64,000 bases of DNA, taken from the NCBI GenBank assembly GCA_964544585.1, contig CAZJBV010000001.1:119717-183716 (forward strand), in the 5' to 3' direction. Shown here in pieces: positions 1 to 8,874 of the stretch (position 1 is the stretch's first letter; every line of letters begins with the position of its first letter). Origin of the DNA: an uncultured Gammaproteobacteria bacterium. Its GTDB lineage: Bacteria > Patescibacteriota > Microgenomatia > 2-02-FULL-39-11. A program made the translations under genes and the position numbers. The notes under the pieces were generated by a model. That model was not told the origin of the DNA. It ran no database searches and saw only the letters and a list, made by a program, of their open reading frames with translations.

Positions 1-75
1 AAATTTTTCGTGCTCGCGCGCTCCTCGCAGACTCGGGGGCATGACTGCGCGCGTAAAATTTGGGTTCGCCCTTTT
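1..75. repeat. GC-rich hairpin element, member A of a three-copy intergenic family (possibly truncated by the window edge)
   Basis: A GC-rich stretch in an AT-rich genome. Its right flank cgtaaaatttgggttc and left motif ttttcgtgctcg resemble the copies at 50040-50148 and 50959-51025. Confidence 0.5.
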
Positions 76-100
76 TGCTTATCATCAATTAGCCATTCAA

Positions 101-958
101 TTATACGAACTCTTCAATGAGTTTGGCAATGGTTTGATTTTCTAACTTGGGATGGTTTATAAGTGGGGTTTCTCCTAATTGAACTATTTGGTCCTCGTAA
201 GTCGGCTTTTCTTCTTGGTAAAATATGCCCATGGGGATTTTGTCGGACCATTCCAGAGCTTTTTTGTAAGCTTCTCCCCTATCGTTGGGAATGTAATTTT
301 CGGATAGGTCATAGATATGCTCTCTAAACCATTGATATGTATTTACATGGTTGAACGTGACGCAGGGCTGAAAGACATCAATGTATGAAAAACCCTTGTG
401 TTTTATGCCTGCAATTATTAGTTTGGTAAGATTGGGAATGTCTCCTGCGAATCCGCGAGCAACAAATGTGGCACCTGCGGCAAGGGCAATACTTAACGGA
501 TTGACTGGTACTTCTATTACACCTGCCGGAGTCGACTTGGTTTTGAATCCTTTTTGGGCGGTTGGAGCAGTTTGACCCGTTGTTAGGCCATAAACCTGAT
601 TGTCGTGGACGATCATGGTGATGTCATGGTTTCGCCGGGCGACGTGGACGAGGTGATTTGTGCCTTCACCAAATGTATCACCATCACCGGCCATGACTAA
701 AACGGGGAGTTTGTGGTTTGCCAATTTTACTCCCTCGGCAACGGGAATAGGCCGTCCATGAAGACCCTCTATGGAGTAGGATTTGAGAAAATTGACCAGA
801 TGACCGTGACAGCCGACACCATACACGGCACAGAAGTCTCCTGGAGTCCATCCGAGCTCTGTAATGGCAAGTTTGATTGCTGACCAAATACCAAAATCGC
901 CACAGCCTGGACACCAGTTTGGCTGGCAGGGTGTTTTGAAGTCTGAAAGAGAAGACAT
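101..958 (-). CDS. korB: 2-oxoacid:ferredoxin oxidoreductase beta subunit (TPP-binding)
   Basis: The N-terminal CPGCGDFGI motif and the GDG...TPP-binding region are typical of KorB/OorB-type beta subunits. It sits immediately downstream of the alpha subunit gene. Confidence 0.8.
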   Translation of the reverse strand: MSSLSDFKTPCQPNWCPGCGDFGIWSAIKLAITELGWTPGDFCAVYGVGCHGHLVNFLKSYSIEGLHGRPIPVAEGVKLANHKLPVLVMAGDGDTFGEGTNHLVHVARRNHDITMIVHDNQVYGLTTGQTAPTAQKGFKTKSTPAGVIEVPVNPLSIALAAGATFVARGFAGDIPNLTKLIIAGIKHKGFSYIDVFQPCVTFNHVNTYQWFREHIYDLSENYIPNDRGEAYKKALEWSDKIPMGIFYQEEKPTYEDQIVQLGETPLINHPKLENQTIAKLIEEFV

Positions 959-969
959 AATATGTCTAA

Positions 970-2697
970 TTAGGCTAATTTGGCTAATTTGTTAATAATT
1001 TCTTCCGGATAAAAGGGGCGGCCGTCGTATTTTAATATTTTATCCTTAATTTCTATGCCTGTTTTCATTCTAATCAGGTCGGCCATCTGGCCGTTGTGAT
1101 TTCCTTCGATATCGACGATGCGTTTTCTGGTGGAAAGATAATCTGAAACAAATTTCTTTGGGAATGGATTTATATAATTTAGATGTAAATAATTAGTTCG
1201 TAGTGAGTAGTTTGTAGTTTGTAGTTCTCGAATGGCTTCGAGGACTGGGCCTTTGGTTGAGCCCCAGCCGACAAGAGTTAATTCGGCATCGGGATTGCCG
1301 TAGACAGATGGGTCTGGAATATGATTTTCTGCTTCTTCTAACTTTTTCATTCTCTTTTCAATCATTTTTTTTGTATTTTCTCCGTCCTCGTTTGAATATC
1401 CATGGATATCATGTTCGTCTGAATTTCCTCTGAAGACTCCACCTTTTCTTCCAATTATTCCCCTTGGTGAGATACCGTCTGGTGAAAATTGATACCTGGC
1501 AAAATCGGTCATTTTATTTTGTTCTTCCTCGGTGAGCAATTTGCCGCGGTCAATAGTAATTTTGGCGTAGTCTAAAAAAGGAGTCGAATATCTGGTTTCC
1601 ATCAAAGCTTTGTCAACCAAGACAAAAGTGGGAGTCTGATAACGGTCGGCGAGATTGAGGGCTTCGGCGGTCAAATAAAAAGCTTCTTCGGGATCTCCTG
1701 GGGCAAGAACCAGACGGGGAAATTCTCCCTGGGCGGCATTTAAGATAAAATGGAGATCAGCTTGGGCTGTCCAAGTAGGGAGTCCGGTGGCAGGACCCGG
1801 GCGCATACCCATGATGATGACAACTGGGGTTTCGAGCATGCCGGCCAGGCCGGTTCCTTCGACCATCAGGGAAAAGCCTCCGCCGGCTGTAGCCACCATC
1901 GAGCGAACTCCAGTAAATCCGGCGCCGACGGCCATATTTATTCCAGCAATCTCATCCTCGGGCTGTTTATAAATAAAGCCACCCTTTTCCTGTTTTGCGG
2001 CCATGTATGCAAGAAGACCATTGATTGGAGTCATGGGGTATGCAGCAAAGAATTTTACTCCCCCGGCTATGGCACCCAAGCCTATTGCCTCGGCGCCTGT
2101 AAGGACAAGATTTTTTGGTTTTTCTTTTATTTCAAGTTTTTTTGTAGACTGGCTATTTTTTTGCACATAGTCGTATCCTGCCTGTGCCGCATTGACATTT
2201 TGGGCTACGACTTGTTCGCCTTTTTTGGCAAATTGAGCTGTCAAAATATCGGTAAGATACTCAAGCGGAAGGCCAAATGCGGCGAGGGTAGCGCCTAGGG
2301 CGACGGTATTTCTCATAAGCATTCCAGCACCAACACTTATGGCTATTTTTTTTAGTGGCACGGAGAGAAAATGAATTTGGGATGGATATTTGGTTTTGTC
2401 TATTTGATATTCAACGCCATCGAAGATGACGAGTGCATTTGGAGTCAACTCCCTTATATGAAAATCGATAGTCTCTCTATTTAAGGCAACTAGAATATCT
2501 ACTGGTTGCCATGAGGCGTGGATAGGTTGGTCACTAAATGTAACGGAAATGACATTGTGGCCGCCTCGAATAAGTGAGGGATAATCATTTATTTCATTGA
2601 TATAGTAACCGGCGCGGGAAAGTATCCGAGAAAAGGTCTGGCCTGCAGACATTATCCCGAAACCTGCTTCTCCACCTATTTTCCAGGTCATTCTCAT
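970..2697 (-). CDS. korA: 2-oxoacid:ferredoxin oxidoreductase alpha subunit (fused alpha/gamma type)
   Basis: A 575-aa protein starting MRMTWKIGGEAGFGIMSAGQTF, with PFOR domain order. It is adjacent to the beta subunit. Confidence 0.8.
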   Translation of the reverse strand: MRMTWKIGGEAGFGIMSAGQTFSRILSRAGYYINEINDYPSLIRGGHNVISVTFSDQPIHASWQPVDILVALNRETIDFHIRELTPNALVIFDGVEYQIDKTKYPSQIHFLSVPLKKIAISVGAGMLMRNTVALGATLAAFGLPLEYLTDILTAQFAKKGEQVVAQNVNAAQAGYDYVQKNSQSTKKLEIKEKPKNLVLTGAEAIGLGAIAGGVKFFAAYPMTPINGLLAYMAAKQEKGGFIYKQPEDEIAGINMAVGAGFTGVRSMVATAGGGFSLMVEGTGLAGMLETPVVIIMGMRPGPATGLPTWTAQADLHFILNAAQGEFPRLVLAPGDPEEAFYLTAEALNLADRYQTPTFVLVDKALMETRYSTPFLDYAKITIDRGKLLTEEEQNKMTDFARYQFSPDGISPRGIIGRKGGVFRGNSDEHDIHGYSNEDGENTKKMIEKRMKKLEEAENHIPDPSVYGNPDAELTLVGWGSTKGPVLEAIRELQTTNYSLRTNYLHLNYINPFPKKFVSDYLSTRKRIVDIEGNHNGQMADLIRMKTGIEIKDKILKYDGRPFYPEEIINKLAKLA

Positions 2698-2748
2698 ATG
2701 ATTATTTTGTCGGGAGTCACTTTTAAGTCATTCAAAGTTTTGTTCATT

Positions 2749-3000
2749 TTAGGGAAAGATTTGTTTTCCATTTTCGTCTTTTATGATAATTGCTGCGACC
2801 GGACATGCTTTGGCTGCGTCTAGAATTGTTTCTGATGATTCTTCTTCTGCCGTCGGCAGGAAAATCGCCTTTGCTTCATTATCCAAATTAAATGCCTTTG
2901 GTGCAACTGCGATACAGGAAGCGGCTCCAATACAGAGGTTTCGGTCAATTGCCACGGTCAGCTTCCTTATTTTTTGAGGAGAGGTAGGGTCAAAAGCCAT
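2749..3000 (-). CDS. small [4Fe-4S] ferredoxin
   Basis: CIGAASC...C and CPVAAI cysteine motifs. The start is trimmed to the internal Met (MAFDPTS) so it does not overlap sufU. Confidence 0.55.
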   Translation of the reverse strand: MAFDPTSPQKIRKLTVAIDRNLCIGAASCIAVAPKAFNLDNEAKAIFLPTAEEESSETILDAAKACPVAAIIIKDENGKQIFP

Positions 3001-3007
3001 TAACTTA

Positions 3008-3379
3008 TTATAACAGGGCCTTATGGAGGACTTCGAGGGGAAGAAGGGCGCATTTGAGGCGGGTGGGGGTGAGTTCGACGCCAAGCATTTGTAAAATATC
3101 GTCTTTGTTTAGCTTTTGCAGATCTTTCGTTGATTTTCCTTTGGCTAGTTCTGTAAGCATTGAAGCAGAGGCCATGGAGATGGCGCAGCCTTCGCCGGAA
3201 AAACGGATATCTTTAATAGTTTGTAGTTTGTAGTGGGTAGTGTGTAGTTTGAGAAATATTTTGAATTTGTCACCACAAAGAGGATTTTCCTCCTCTGCCT
3301 TTTTATCATGATTTTCCAACTCACCAAAATTTCTGGGATTTCTATAGTGGTCAAGGATATTTTCTCTGTATAAATCCAT
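3008..3379 (-). CDS. sufU: SUF FeS-cluster assembly sulfur-transfer protein SufU (IscU/NifU-like)
   Basis: Carries the LCGDKFKIFL and GEGCAISMASASMLTE conserved cysteines and the C-terminal KCALL motif. It lies downstream of sufS. Confidence 0.8.
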   Translation of the reverse strand: MDLYRENILDHYRNPRNFGELENHDKKAEEENPLCGDKFKIFLKLHTTHYKLQTIKDIRFSGEGCAISMASASMLTELAKGKSTKDLQKLNKDDILQMLGVELTPTRLKCALLPLEVLHKALL

Positions 3380-3404
3380 ATATGGAAATTTTAAATTTTT
3401 AATT

Positions 3405-4637
3405 TTAAATTTTAAATATCTTTTTTACTTTAAAGAGGCCTGCAACTAGTTTATCGACGTCTTCCTTTACATTATATATATAGAAAGAGGCACGGGATGT
3501 GGCGCCTAAGCCCAAGCGGATATGGAGAGGCATGGCGCAGTGGTGGCCTGATCTAATGCAAATGTTATCTTGGTTTAATATTTCTGCTATGTCGTGGGGA
3601 TGCAGACCTTTTATGGAAAATGCTACTACCCCACCTTTTATTTCAGGATCTTTTGGACCATAAATAGTCAATCCGGGAATTTCAGATAGTCTTTTTAGGG
3701 CGTATGATACGAGTTCTTTTTCGTGGGCACGAACGGCGTCTAACCCCAATGACGAGAGGTAATCGACTGCCGCACCTAGACCTATGGCTCCGGCGATATG
3801 GGGGGTACCGGCTTCGAATTTATGAGGAGGTTTTTTATAGATAGTATGATCAAGATGAACTTCTCTTATCATCTCTCCGCCCATCTGAAAGGGAACCATG
3901 GCATCAAGCAGATCGAATTTTCCCCAAAGAACTCCTGTGCCTGTCGGACCGAGCATTTTGTGGCCGGAGAAGACGAGAAAATCACAGCCAATTTCTTTGA
4001 CATTTACCGGCATGTGAGGGACGGATTGAGCAGCGTCGATAATGACTTTGATATCTTTGTTTCTTTTTTTGGCAATTTTTATGATTTCTTTAATAGGATT
4101 TATGGTTCCGAGAACATTGGATACGTGAGTGAGAGTAAGAATCTTAGTTTTGGGAGTGATTAGTTTATCTAAATTTTGCAAATTTAATTTATATTCATCA
4201 TTTATGTCGATGTACTTTAGGACTGATCCTGTTTCTGAGGACAACTCCTGCCAGGGAACAATATTGGCGTGATGTTCCATGACTGTGGAAATAATTTCAT
4301 CACCCTCTTCGATATTTAGTCTCCCCCAAGAATAGACAATAAGATTGATGGCTTCGGTGGCATTTCTGACGAATATGACTTCGTTTGGATTTTGGGCGCC
4401 AATAAATGTGGCGACTTTTTGCCGAGCCTGTTCATATTTTTCCGTTGCTTCTTCTGATAGAGTATAAAGACCGCGAAAGATATTGACTGAATACTGGGTG
4501 TAGTATTCGTTTATAGAATCGATAACTTTTTGAGGTTTTAATGAAGTAGCTGTTGAATCGAGATAGATGATAGGCTTGTTGTTTATTAGCCTTTTAAAGA
4601 TGGGAAAATCCACTTTGATTTGGGAATTAAATAACAT
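3405..4637 (-). CDS. sufS: cysteine desulfurase SufS (class V aminotransferase)
   Basis: A PLP-fold protein with the FSGHKMLGPTG lysine motif and the RSGHHCA active-site cysteine. The start is trimmed to the Met whose ATG abuts the upstream Rieske stop codon. Confidence 0.85.
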   Translation of the reverse strand: MLFNSQIKVDFPIFKRLINNKPIIYLDSTATSLKPQKVIDSINEYYTQYSVNIFRGLYTLSEEATEKYEQARQKVATFIGAQNPNEVIFVRNATEAINLIVYSWGRLNIEEGDEIISTVMEHHANIVPWQELSSETGSVLKYIDINDEYKLNLQNLDKLITPKTKILTLTHVSNVLGTINPIKEIIKIAKKRNKDIKVIIDAAQSVPHMPVNVKEIGCDFLVFSGHKMLGPTGTGVLWGKFDLLDAMVPFQMGGEMIREVHLDHTIYKKPPHKFEAGTPHIAGAIGLGAAVDYLSSLGLDAVRAHEKELVSYALKRLSEIPGLTIYGPKDPEIKGGVVAFSIKGLHPHDIAEILNQDNICIRSGHHCAMPLHIRLGLGATSRASFYIYNVKEDVDKLVAGLFKVKKIFKI

Positions 4638-4638
4638 T

Positions 4639-4947
4639 CTAAATCTCCACCAGTATATCATCCCCTTCAAGTTTGACGGGATAAATATTGATGGGAGATG
4701 GAGCTGGGGGTGAAAGCACCTTGCCGGTTGAAATATCAAACTGGGCTCCGTGACAGTAACATGTCAGAGTATATCCATCAAGGAAGCCGCCGGCCAAGGC
4801 GCAATGTTCGTGGGTACAAATACCATCAAAGGCAAAATAGTCGCCGTCGGTATTGGCAACGACAATAGTTTTGCCGTTTACATTATATTCGCGCATTTTG
4901 CCGGAGGGAAGGTCGGATTTTATAGCTACTTTGGTATACTCGGGCAT
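4639..4947 (-). CDS. Rieske [2Fe-2S] domain protein (suf-associated)
   Basis: Carries the two Rieske boxes, CTHEHC and CYCHGAQF. Confidence 0.75.
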   Translation of the reverse strand: MPEYTKVAIKSDLPSGKMREYNVNGKTIVVANTDGDYFAFDGICTHEHCALAGGFLDGYTLTCYCHGAQFDISTGKVLSPPAPSPINIYPVKLEGDDILVEI

Positions 4948-4950
4948 AGA

Positions 4951-5577
4951 TTAATTTTTCAATAATTGATCTATTTTATACTCTATTTTTTTTTCTAGAT
5001 CAATTTTAATATTTACATCTGTCACTTTGTTGACGACTTCTTGAAGGAAGCCTTTTATAATCAGCTTTTCGGCAAGTTTTCTTTCAAGGCCTCGTGTGGC
5101 TAAGTAAAATATTTCTTCCTCATTTATTTTTCCGATTGTGGCGCCGTGAGTGCAACGGACGTCATTGGCGAGGATTTCCAATTTGGGCCTCGAGTCGGCC
5201 CAAGCACTTTTCCCTATTAGTAAATTTTGATTTTTTTGATAGGCGTTGCTTTTTTGGGCGTCTTTTTCGATTTTAATGAGTCCTTCGTATGCCAGTCTTG
5301 CTTCATCAAAGAGGACCGACTTAATAAGGAGATCGCTGACGCTTTCTTTTTTTATATGATCCTGGAATGTATACAGTTTAATTTGTTGTTTTCCGGAACC
5401 GATAATTGTTCCTAAAATCTGGACATTGGAATTTGAGCCATCTATGTAGATTTTAACAGCGCCTTCTTGATTGTTATTATCAGTTAAAATAATAAAAATA
5501 ATTTTATCCTCGCCGGATTTGACGTAAAGTTCTTCTTCTTTTTGCAGTCGGTCAATAATAGAAATAGAATTTTTCAT
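4951..5577 (-). CDS. sufD: SufD-like FeS assembly protein (short form)
   Basis: Its position between sufB and sufS fits sufD. It has a beta-helix-like C-terminal region with the SAWADSRPKLEI...DVRCTHGATIG motif that resembles the SufB/SufD family. The start is trimmed to MKNSISII. Confidence 0.55.
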   Translation of the reverse strand: MKNSISIIDRLQKEEELYVKSGEDKIIFIILTDNNNQEGAVKIYIDGSNSNVQILGTIIGSGKQQIKLYTFQDHIKKESVSDLLIKSVLFDEARLAYEGLIKIEKDAQKSNAYQKNQNLLIGKSAWADSRPKLEILANDVRCTHGATIGKINEEEIFYLATRGLERKLAEKLIIKGFLQEVVNKVTDVNIKIDLEKKIEYKIDQLLKN

Positions 5578-5705
5578 CAACCTACGCTGCCTTCCCCCGT
5601 ACAATGCTTTCCGTTCGCGAGGGCTACGTCCTCGCCTCACGGTGGCGCATATACGGGGCTTCGAGCCGCAAAGCGGCTCTCGCATTTCTAACCTACGCTC
5701 CCTTC
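5578..5705. repeat. GC-rich hairpin insert flanked by 17-bp direct repeats (aacctacgctgccttcc / aacctacgctcccttcc)
   Basis: The second direct repeat encodes the last codons and stop of sufB. The first copy sits immediately before the sufD ATG. The interior carries the hairpins gagccgctttgcggctc and gcgaggacgtagccctcgc. Confidence 0.55.
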
Positions 5706-8102
5706 CATTTCCAGTTGAATAAGTCTATTTAGTTCGACTGCGTATTCGAGGGGGAGTTGTTTGACGATGGGTTCTATAAATCCATTGACGACCATGGCTT
5801 CGGCGTCTGGTTTGTTGATACCGCGACTCATGAGGTAAAATAATTGGTCATCGCCAATCTTTGAGACTGTTGCTTCGTGTTCGATGCGACAATCATTGTG
5901 TTTTATATCCATTGTCGGATATGTATCTGATCTAGACTCATCATCTATCAACAAGGCGTCGCAGACGACTTTGGATTTGGCGCCAATTGCACTTTGAAAA
6001 ACCTGAAGAAGTCCTCTATATGATGTCCTTCCTCCACCGTGACTGACCGATTTGGAAGTAATCTTCGAAGAAGTATATGGAGCAAAGTGAATGGCTTTTC
6101 CGCCTGCATCCTGGTGCTGGCCGGGTCCGGCATAGGCAACTGATAGCACCTCTCCTCGAGCTCCTTTGCCCATTAAATAGACGCTGGGGTACTTCATAGT
6201 AAGCTTGGAATTGTGAACTAAAATACCATTTGCAATAAAATTCCCTTTATCAACTTCTATATCAAATGTCTCTTTTGATCCTTGGGGTACAATGCTATTT
6301 ACTCGGACAAACTGAATTGTTGAATCTTTTTTATCATCTCCAAAATATAAGAAATGATGTTTATAAACTTTTTCTTCTATACCAAGTGGTTTTCTCTCTC
6401 TCCTTGTCCAAAGCGAAATTTTCCTTGGAGAAAATTTATCGGTTATGTAACTTAGGTCTTTGACTTGTTGTAATAATTTCTTATTTACCGATGTTATAGA
6501 TATATTTCTATGATTATCACGTCTATATCCATCTGCATCGATATAACCCTCGATGAATGATGTTATTTGGGATTTTGGTAATGTGTAGATCCATTCAGGA
6601 ACTTCTTTGTCTTGCGCTTTTCCTTTGAATCCAAGCTTTACCAAAAAATCAACAAATTTTGTGGAAGCATAACGAACAATATTTCTTTTTATTTCGGGTT
6701 TAAGTCCAAAAAGCTTATTTATTGTTTCAATAACCTTTTTAAAGCTTTTATCACTTTGTGGAACAGCTATATATACTCTTGTTTTGTCCATACATCCATC
6801 ACCAATGTAAAAACCTAGAAGCCATAGCAATTCTTCGCTGCTTATTTCCGGATAGAAAAACTCCTTTTTACCACGTTTGGGGTTAAAATGTATGGGATAA
6901 TTTTTTCCTACCCATGGAAGTTTTCCTGATACTGCAATTAAATCTCCAACTTTTATTTTATCTAAAGGCATCCAATTGAAGTAAGAAATTTTTCCTTTCT
7001 TTTTTAAGACAAGAAAAGGATGATTTGCAGTTGCTTCTACTTCACGAAAATCTTCTGTTGTGATTTTGAAAACTGGAAGGGGGGGATTTTTAACTTTAGC
7101 TAACAATTTGGCTCTTGTTAAGGTAAATTCTGGAGTCATCGAGTATAAATAGTCGCCCGGTCGAATGTCTTTAATGGAAAGAACATGATCATTTGCTATT
7201 ATTTTCGCATCCTCTGTTAAACATCCTAAATTACCGTCGATCCACTCGCCAATTCCCTCTTCTTCGACTCGCATTCTTTTGGTGACGAGATTGTAAACAT
7301 TGGTCGACCAGTTTTGAATGGTGGTATATCTGACTCGTGCTCCTTTTTTGACAAAAATTTCAACAACAGCGGCGTGAAGTGAATCTGTGGTATAAACGGG
7401 AGCGGTGCATCCTTCGACATAATGAACGAAACTACCCTCGTCGGCGATTATTAATGTTCTTTCAAACTGACCCATATTGGCGGCGTTGATACGAAAATAA
7501 GCTTGTAGAGGAAGTTCCACATTGACACCTTTGGGAACGTATATAAATGATCCGCCACTCCAAGTAGCCGAATTTAAAGCGGCGAATTTATTGTCATGTG
7601 GTGGAATGATTGTGCTAAAATATTCTTTGACCAAATCCGGATACTCACGAAGTCCTGAGTCCATATCCAAGAATACTACTCCTTTTTTGCCGAGAGTTTT
7701 TTGGATGCTTTTATATACGACTTCTGACTCATATTGAGCTGAAACACCGCCAAGATATTTTTTTTCTGCTTCTGGAATGCCAATTCGGTCGTAGGTTCGG
7801 CGAATTTCAATAGGTAAATCCTTCCAACTTCTAGCTTTTTTTTCTGTGGGTTTTATATAGTAATAAATGTTGTCGAAATTGATTTTGGAAAGATCTCCGC
7901 CCCAAGCAGGGAGTGTTTTTTTATAAAAGATGTCTAGAGCATCATGGCGAAATTTTCTCATCCAATCCGGTTCATTTTTGTGGTATGAGATTTCATCTAT
8001 CACTAAATGAGAAAGTCCTTTTTTAGACTTGAATGAATAGCGTTCGGCCTCGTGAAAGCCTAGAGGGTAGGAATCGTTAATTGCTATTTGTGATGTGGGC
8101 AT
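5688..8102 (-). CDS. sufB: FeS cluster assembly protein SufB interrupted by an intein
   Basis: An 804-aa ORF. The exteins carry conserved SufB blocks (NWSTNVYNLVTKR, WIDGNLG | SKLTMKYPSVYLMG, GEVLSVAYAGPGQHQDAGGK). A 338-aa insertion begins with Cys and ends with HN, followed by Ser. Confidence 0.85.
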   Translation of the reverse strand: MPTSQIAINDSYPLGFHEAERYSFKSKKGLSHLVIDEISYHKNEPDWMRKFRHDALDIFYKKTLPAWGGDLSKINFDNIYYYIKPTEKKARSWKDLPIEIRRTYDRIGIPEAEKKYLGGVSAQYESEVVYKSIQKTLGKKGVVFLDMDSGLREYPDLVKEYFSTIIPPHDNKFAALNSATWSGGSFIYVPKGVNVELPLQAYFRINAANMGQFERTLIIADEGSFVHYVEGCTAPVYTTDSLHAAVVEIFVKKGARVRYTTIQNWSTNVYNLVTKRMRVEEEGIGEWIDGNLGCLTEDAKIIANDHVLSIKDIRPGDYLYSMTPEFTLTRAKLLAKVKNPPLPVFKITTEDFREVEATANHPFLVLKKKGKISYFNWMPLDKIKVGDLIAVSGKLPWVGKNYPIHFNPKRGKKEFFYPEISSEELLWLLGFYIGDGCMDKTRVYIAVPQSDKSFKKVIETINKLFGLKPEIKRNIVRYASTKFVDFLVKLGFKGKAQDKEVPEWIYTLPKSQITSFIEGYIDADGYRRDNHRNISITSVNKKLLQQVKDLSYITDKFSPRKISLWTRRERKPLGIEEKVYKHHFLYFGDDKKDSTIQFVRVNSIVPQGSKETFDIEVDKGNFIANGILVHNSKLTMKYPSVYLMGKGARGEVLSVAYAGPGQHQDAGGKAIHFAPYTSSKITSKSVSHGGGRTSYRGLLQVFQSAIGAKSKVVCDALLIDDESRSDTYPTMDIKHNDCRIEHEATVSKIGDDQLFYLMSRGINKPDAEAMVVNGFIEPIVKQLPLEYAVELNRLIQLEMEGSVG
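6210..7223 (-). mobile_element. SufB intein with LAGLIDADG homing endonuclease domain
   Basis: Starts at Cys (CLTEDAKII) and ends in VHN followed by the +1 Ser. Two LAGLIDADG-like blocks are present (LLWLLGFYIGDGC and FIEGYIDADGY). It is inserted at the conserved GNLG/S site of SufB. Confidence 0.8.
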
Positions 8103-8874
8103 AGCCTTTTTCCTCCAATTCTTGGGCTAATTTTGGTCCTCCGGTTTTGACTATTTTACCATTAATTAAAATGTGGACAATATTGGGAGTAATATATTTT
8201 AAAATTCTTTGGTAATGAGTGATCATTAGTACTCCTGTACCATTTTTTTTCAATATATTTATACCCTGGGCGACGATTTTGAGAGCGTCGATATCAAGGC
8301 CGGTGTCGATCTCGTCAAAAATGACAAACTTTGGTTTCAATACCAATGCCTGTAGCATCTCAAGCTTTTTTTTCTCTCCTCCGGAAAAACTTTCATTTAT
8401 AGAACGGCGTAAGAATTCGTGAGGGATATGAAGTAAATCAGCTTTTTTTGCCAATTCTTCGTTGAATTTCCAAACTGTTTGCAAGGCAGGATTAGCGATG
8501 GTCTTTGGTCTTTGGTCTTTGGTCTTTGGTCCATGGAGAGATTCAAATGCATTTTTTAATAAATTGGCAACGGTGACACCTGGGACAGGGATGGGGTTTT
8601 GGAATGCTAAGAACAAGCCAGCCCTGGCACGCTTATCTGGAGAAAGATTTCTCATGTCCGTCTTGTCAATTTGAAATTTGATCCCGATTGAATCGGGATG
8701 AAATTTATAGGAGGGGTGTCCCATGAGAGCCTGAGCAAGGGTTGACTTTCCAGAACCATTGGGACCCATCAGGGCATGGACCTCTCCAGACTTTATTTGT
8801 AGCGATATGCCTTTCAAAATCTCTTTTTTTTCTAAGTAAACATGAAGATTCTCAATAGTTAGAGTGTGCTTCAT
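8077..8874 (-). CDS. sufC: FeS assembly ATPase SufC
   Basis: Has the Walker A motif GPNGSGKST, the ABC signature LSGGEKKK and Walker B. Its ATG overlaps the upstream stop in an ATGA arrangement. It contains an in-frame heptamer repeat (PKTKDQRPKT). Confidence 0.85.
   Translation of the reverse strand: MKHTLTIENLHVYLEKKEILKGISLQIKSGEVHALMGPNGSGKSTLAQALMGHPSYKFHPDSIGIKFQIDKTDMRNLSPDKRARAGLFLAFQNPIPVPGVTVANLLKNAFESLHGPKTKDQRPKTIANPALQTVWKFNEELAKKADLLHIPHEFLRRSINESFSGGEKKKLEMLQALVLKPKFVIFDEIDTGLDIDALKIVAQGINILKKNGTGVLMITHYQRILKYITPNIVHILINGKIVKTGGPKLAQELEEKGYAHITNSN

Noticed and set aside
1750-2298. Antisense ORFs inside korA (and similar antisense ORFs inside sufS, sufB, secD, rny, recA)
   Set aside because: They are fully embedded antisense within strongly supported conserved genes.
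3385-3420. AATTTTA tandem tract considered as a CRISPR-like or minisatellite array
   Set aside because: The units are contiguous with no unique spacers and no cas genes are present. It is a simple sequence repeat.
4637-4739. N-terminal extensions of the sufS, sufD, cupin, recJ, miaB and hypothetical ORFs as given in the ORF track
   Set aside because: The extensions overlap upstream genes or lack homology. Internal Met codons with better spacing to upstream stops were used instead.
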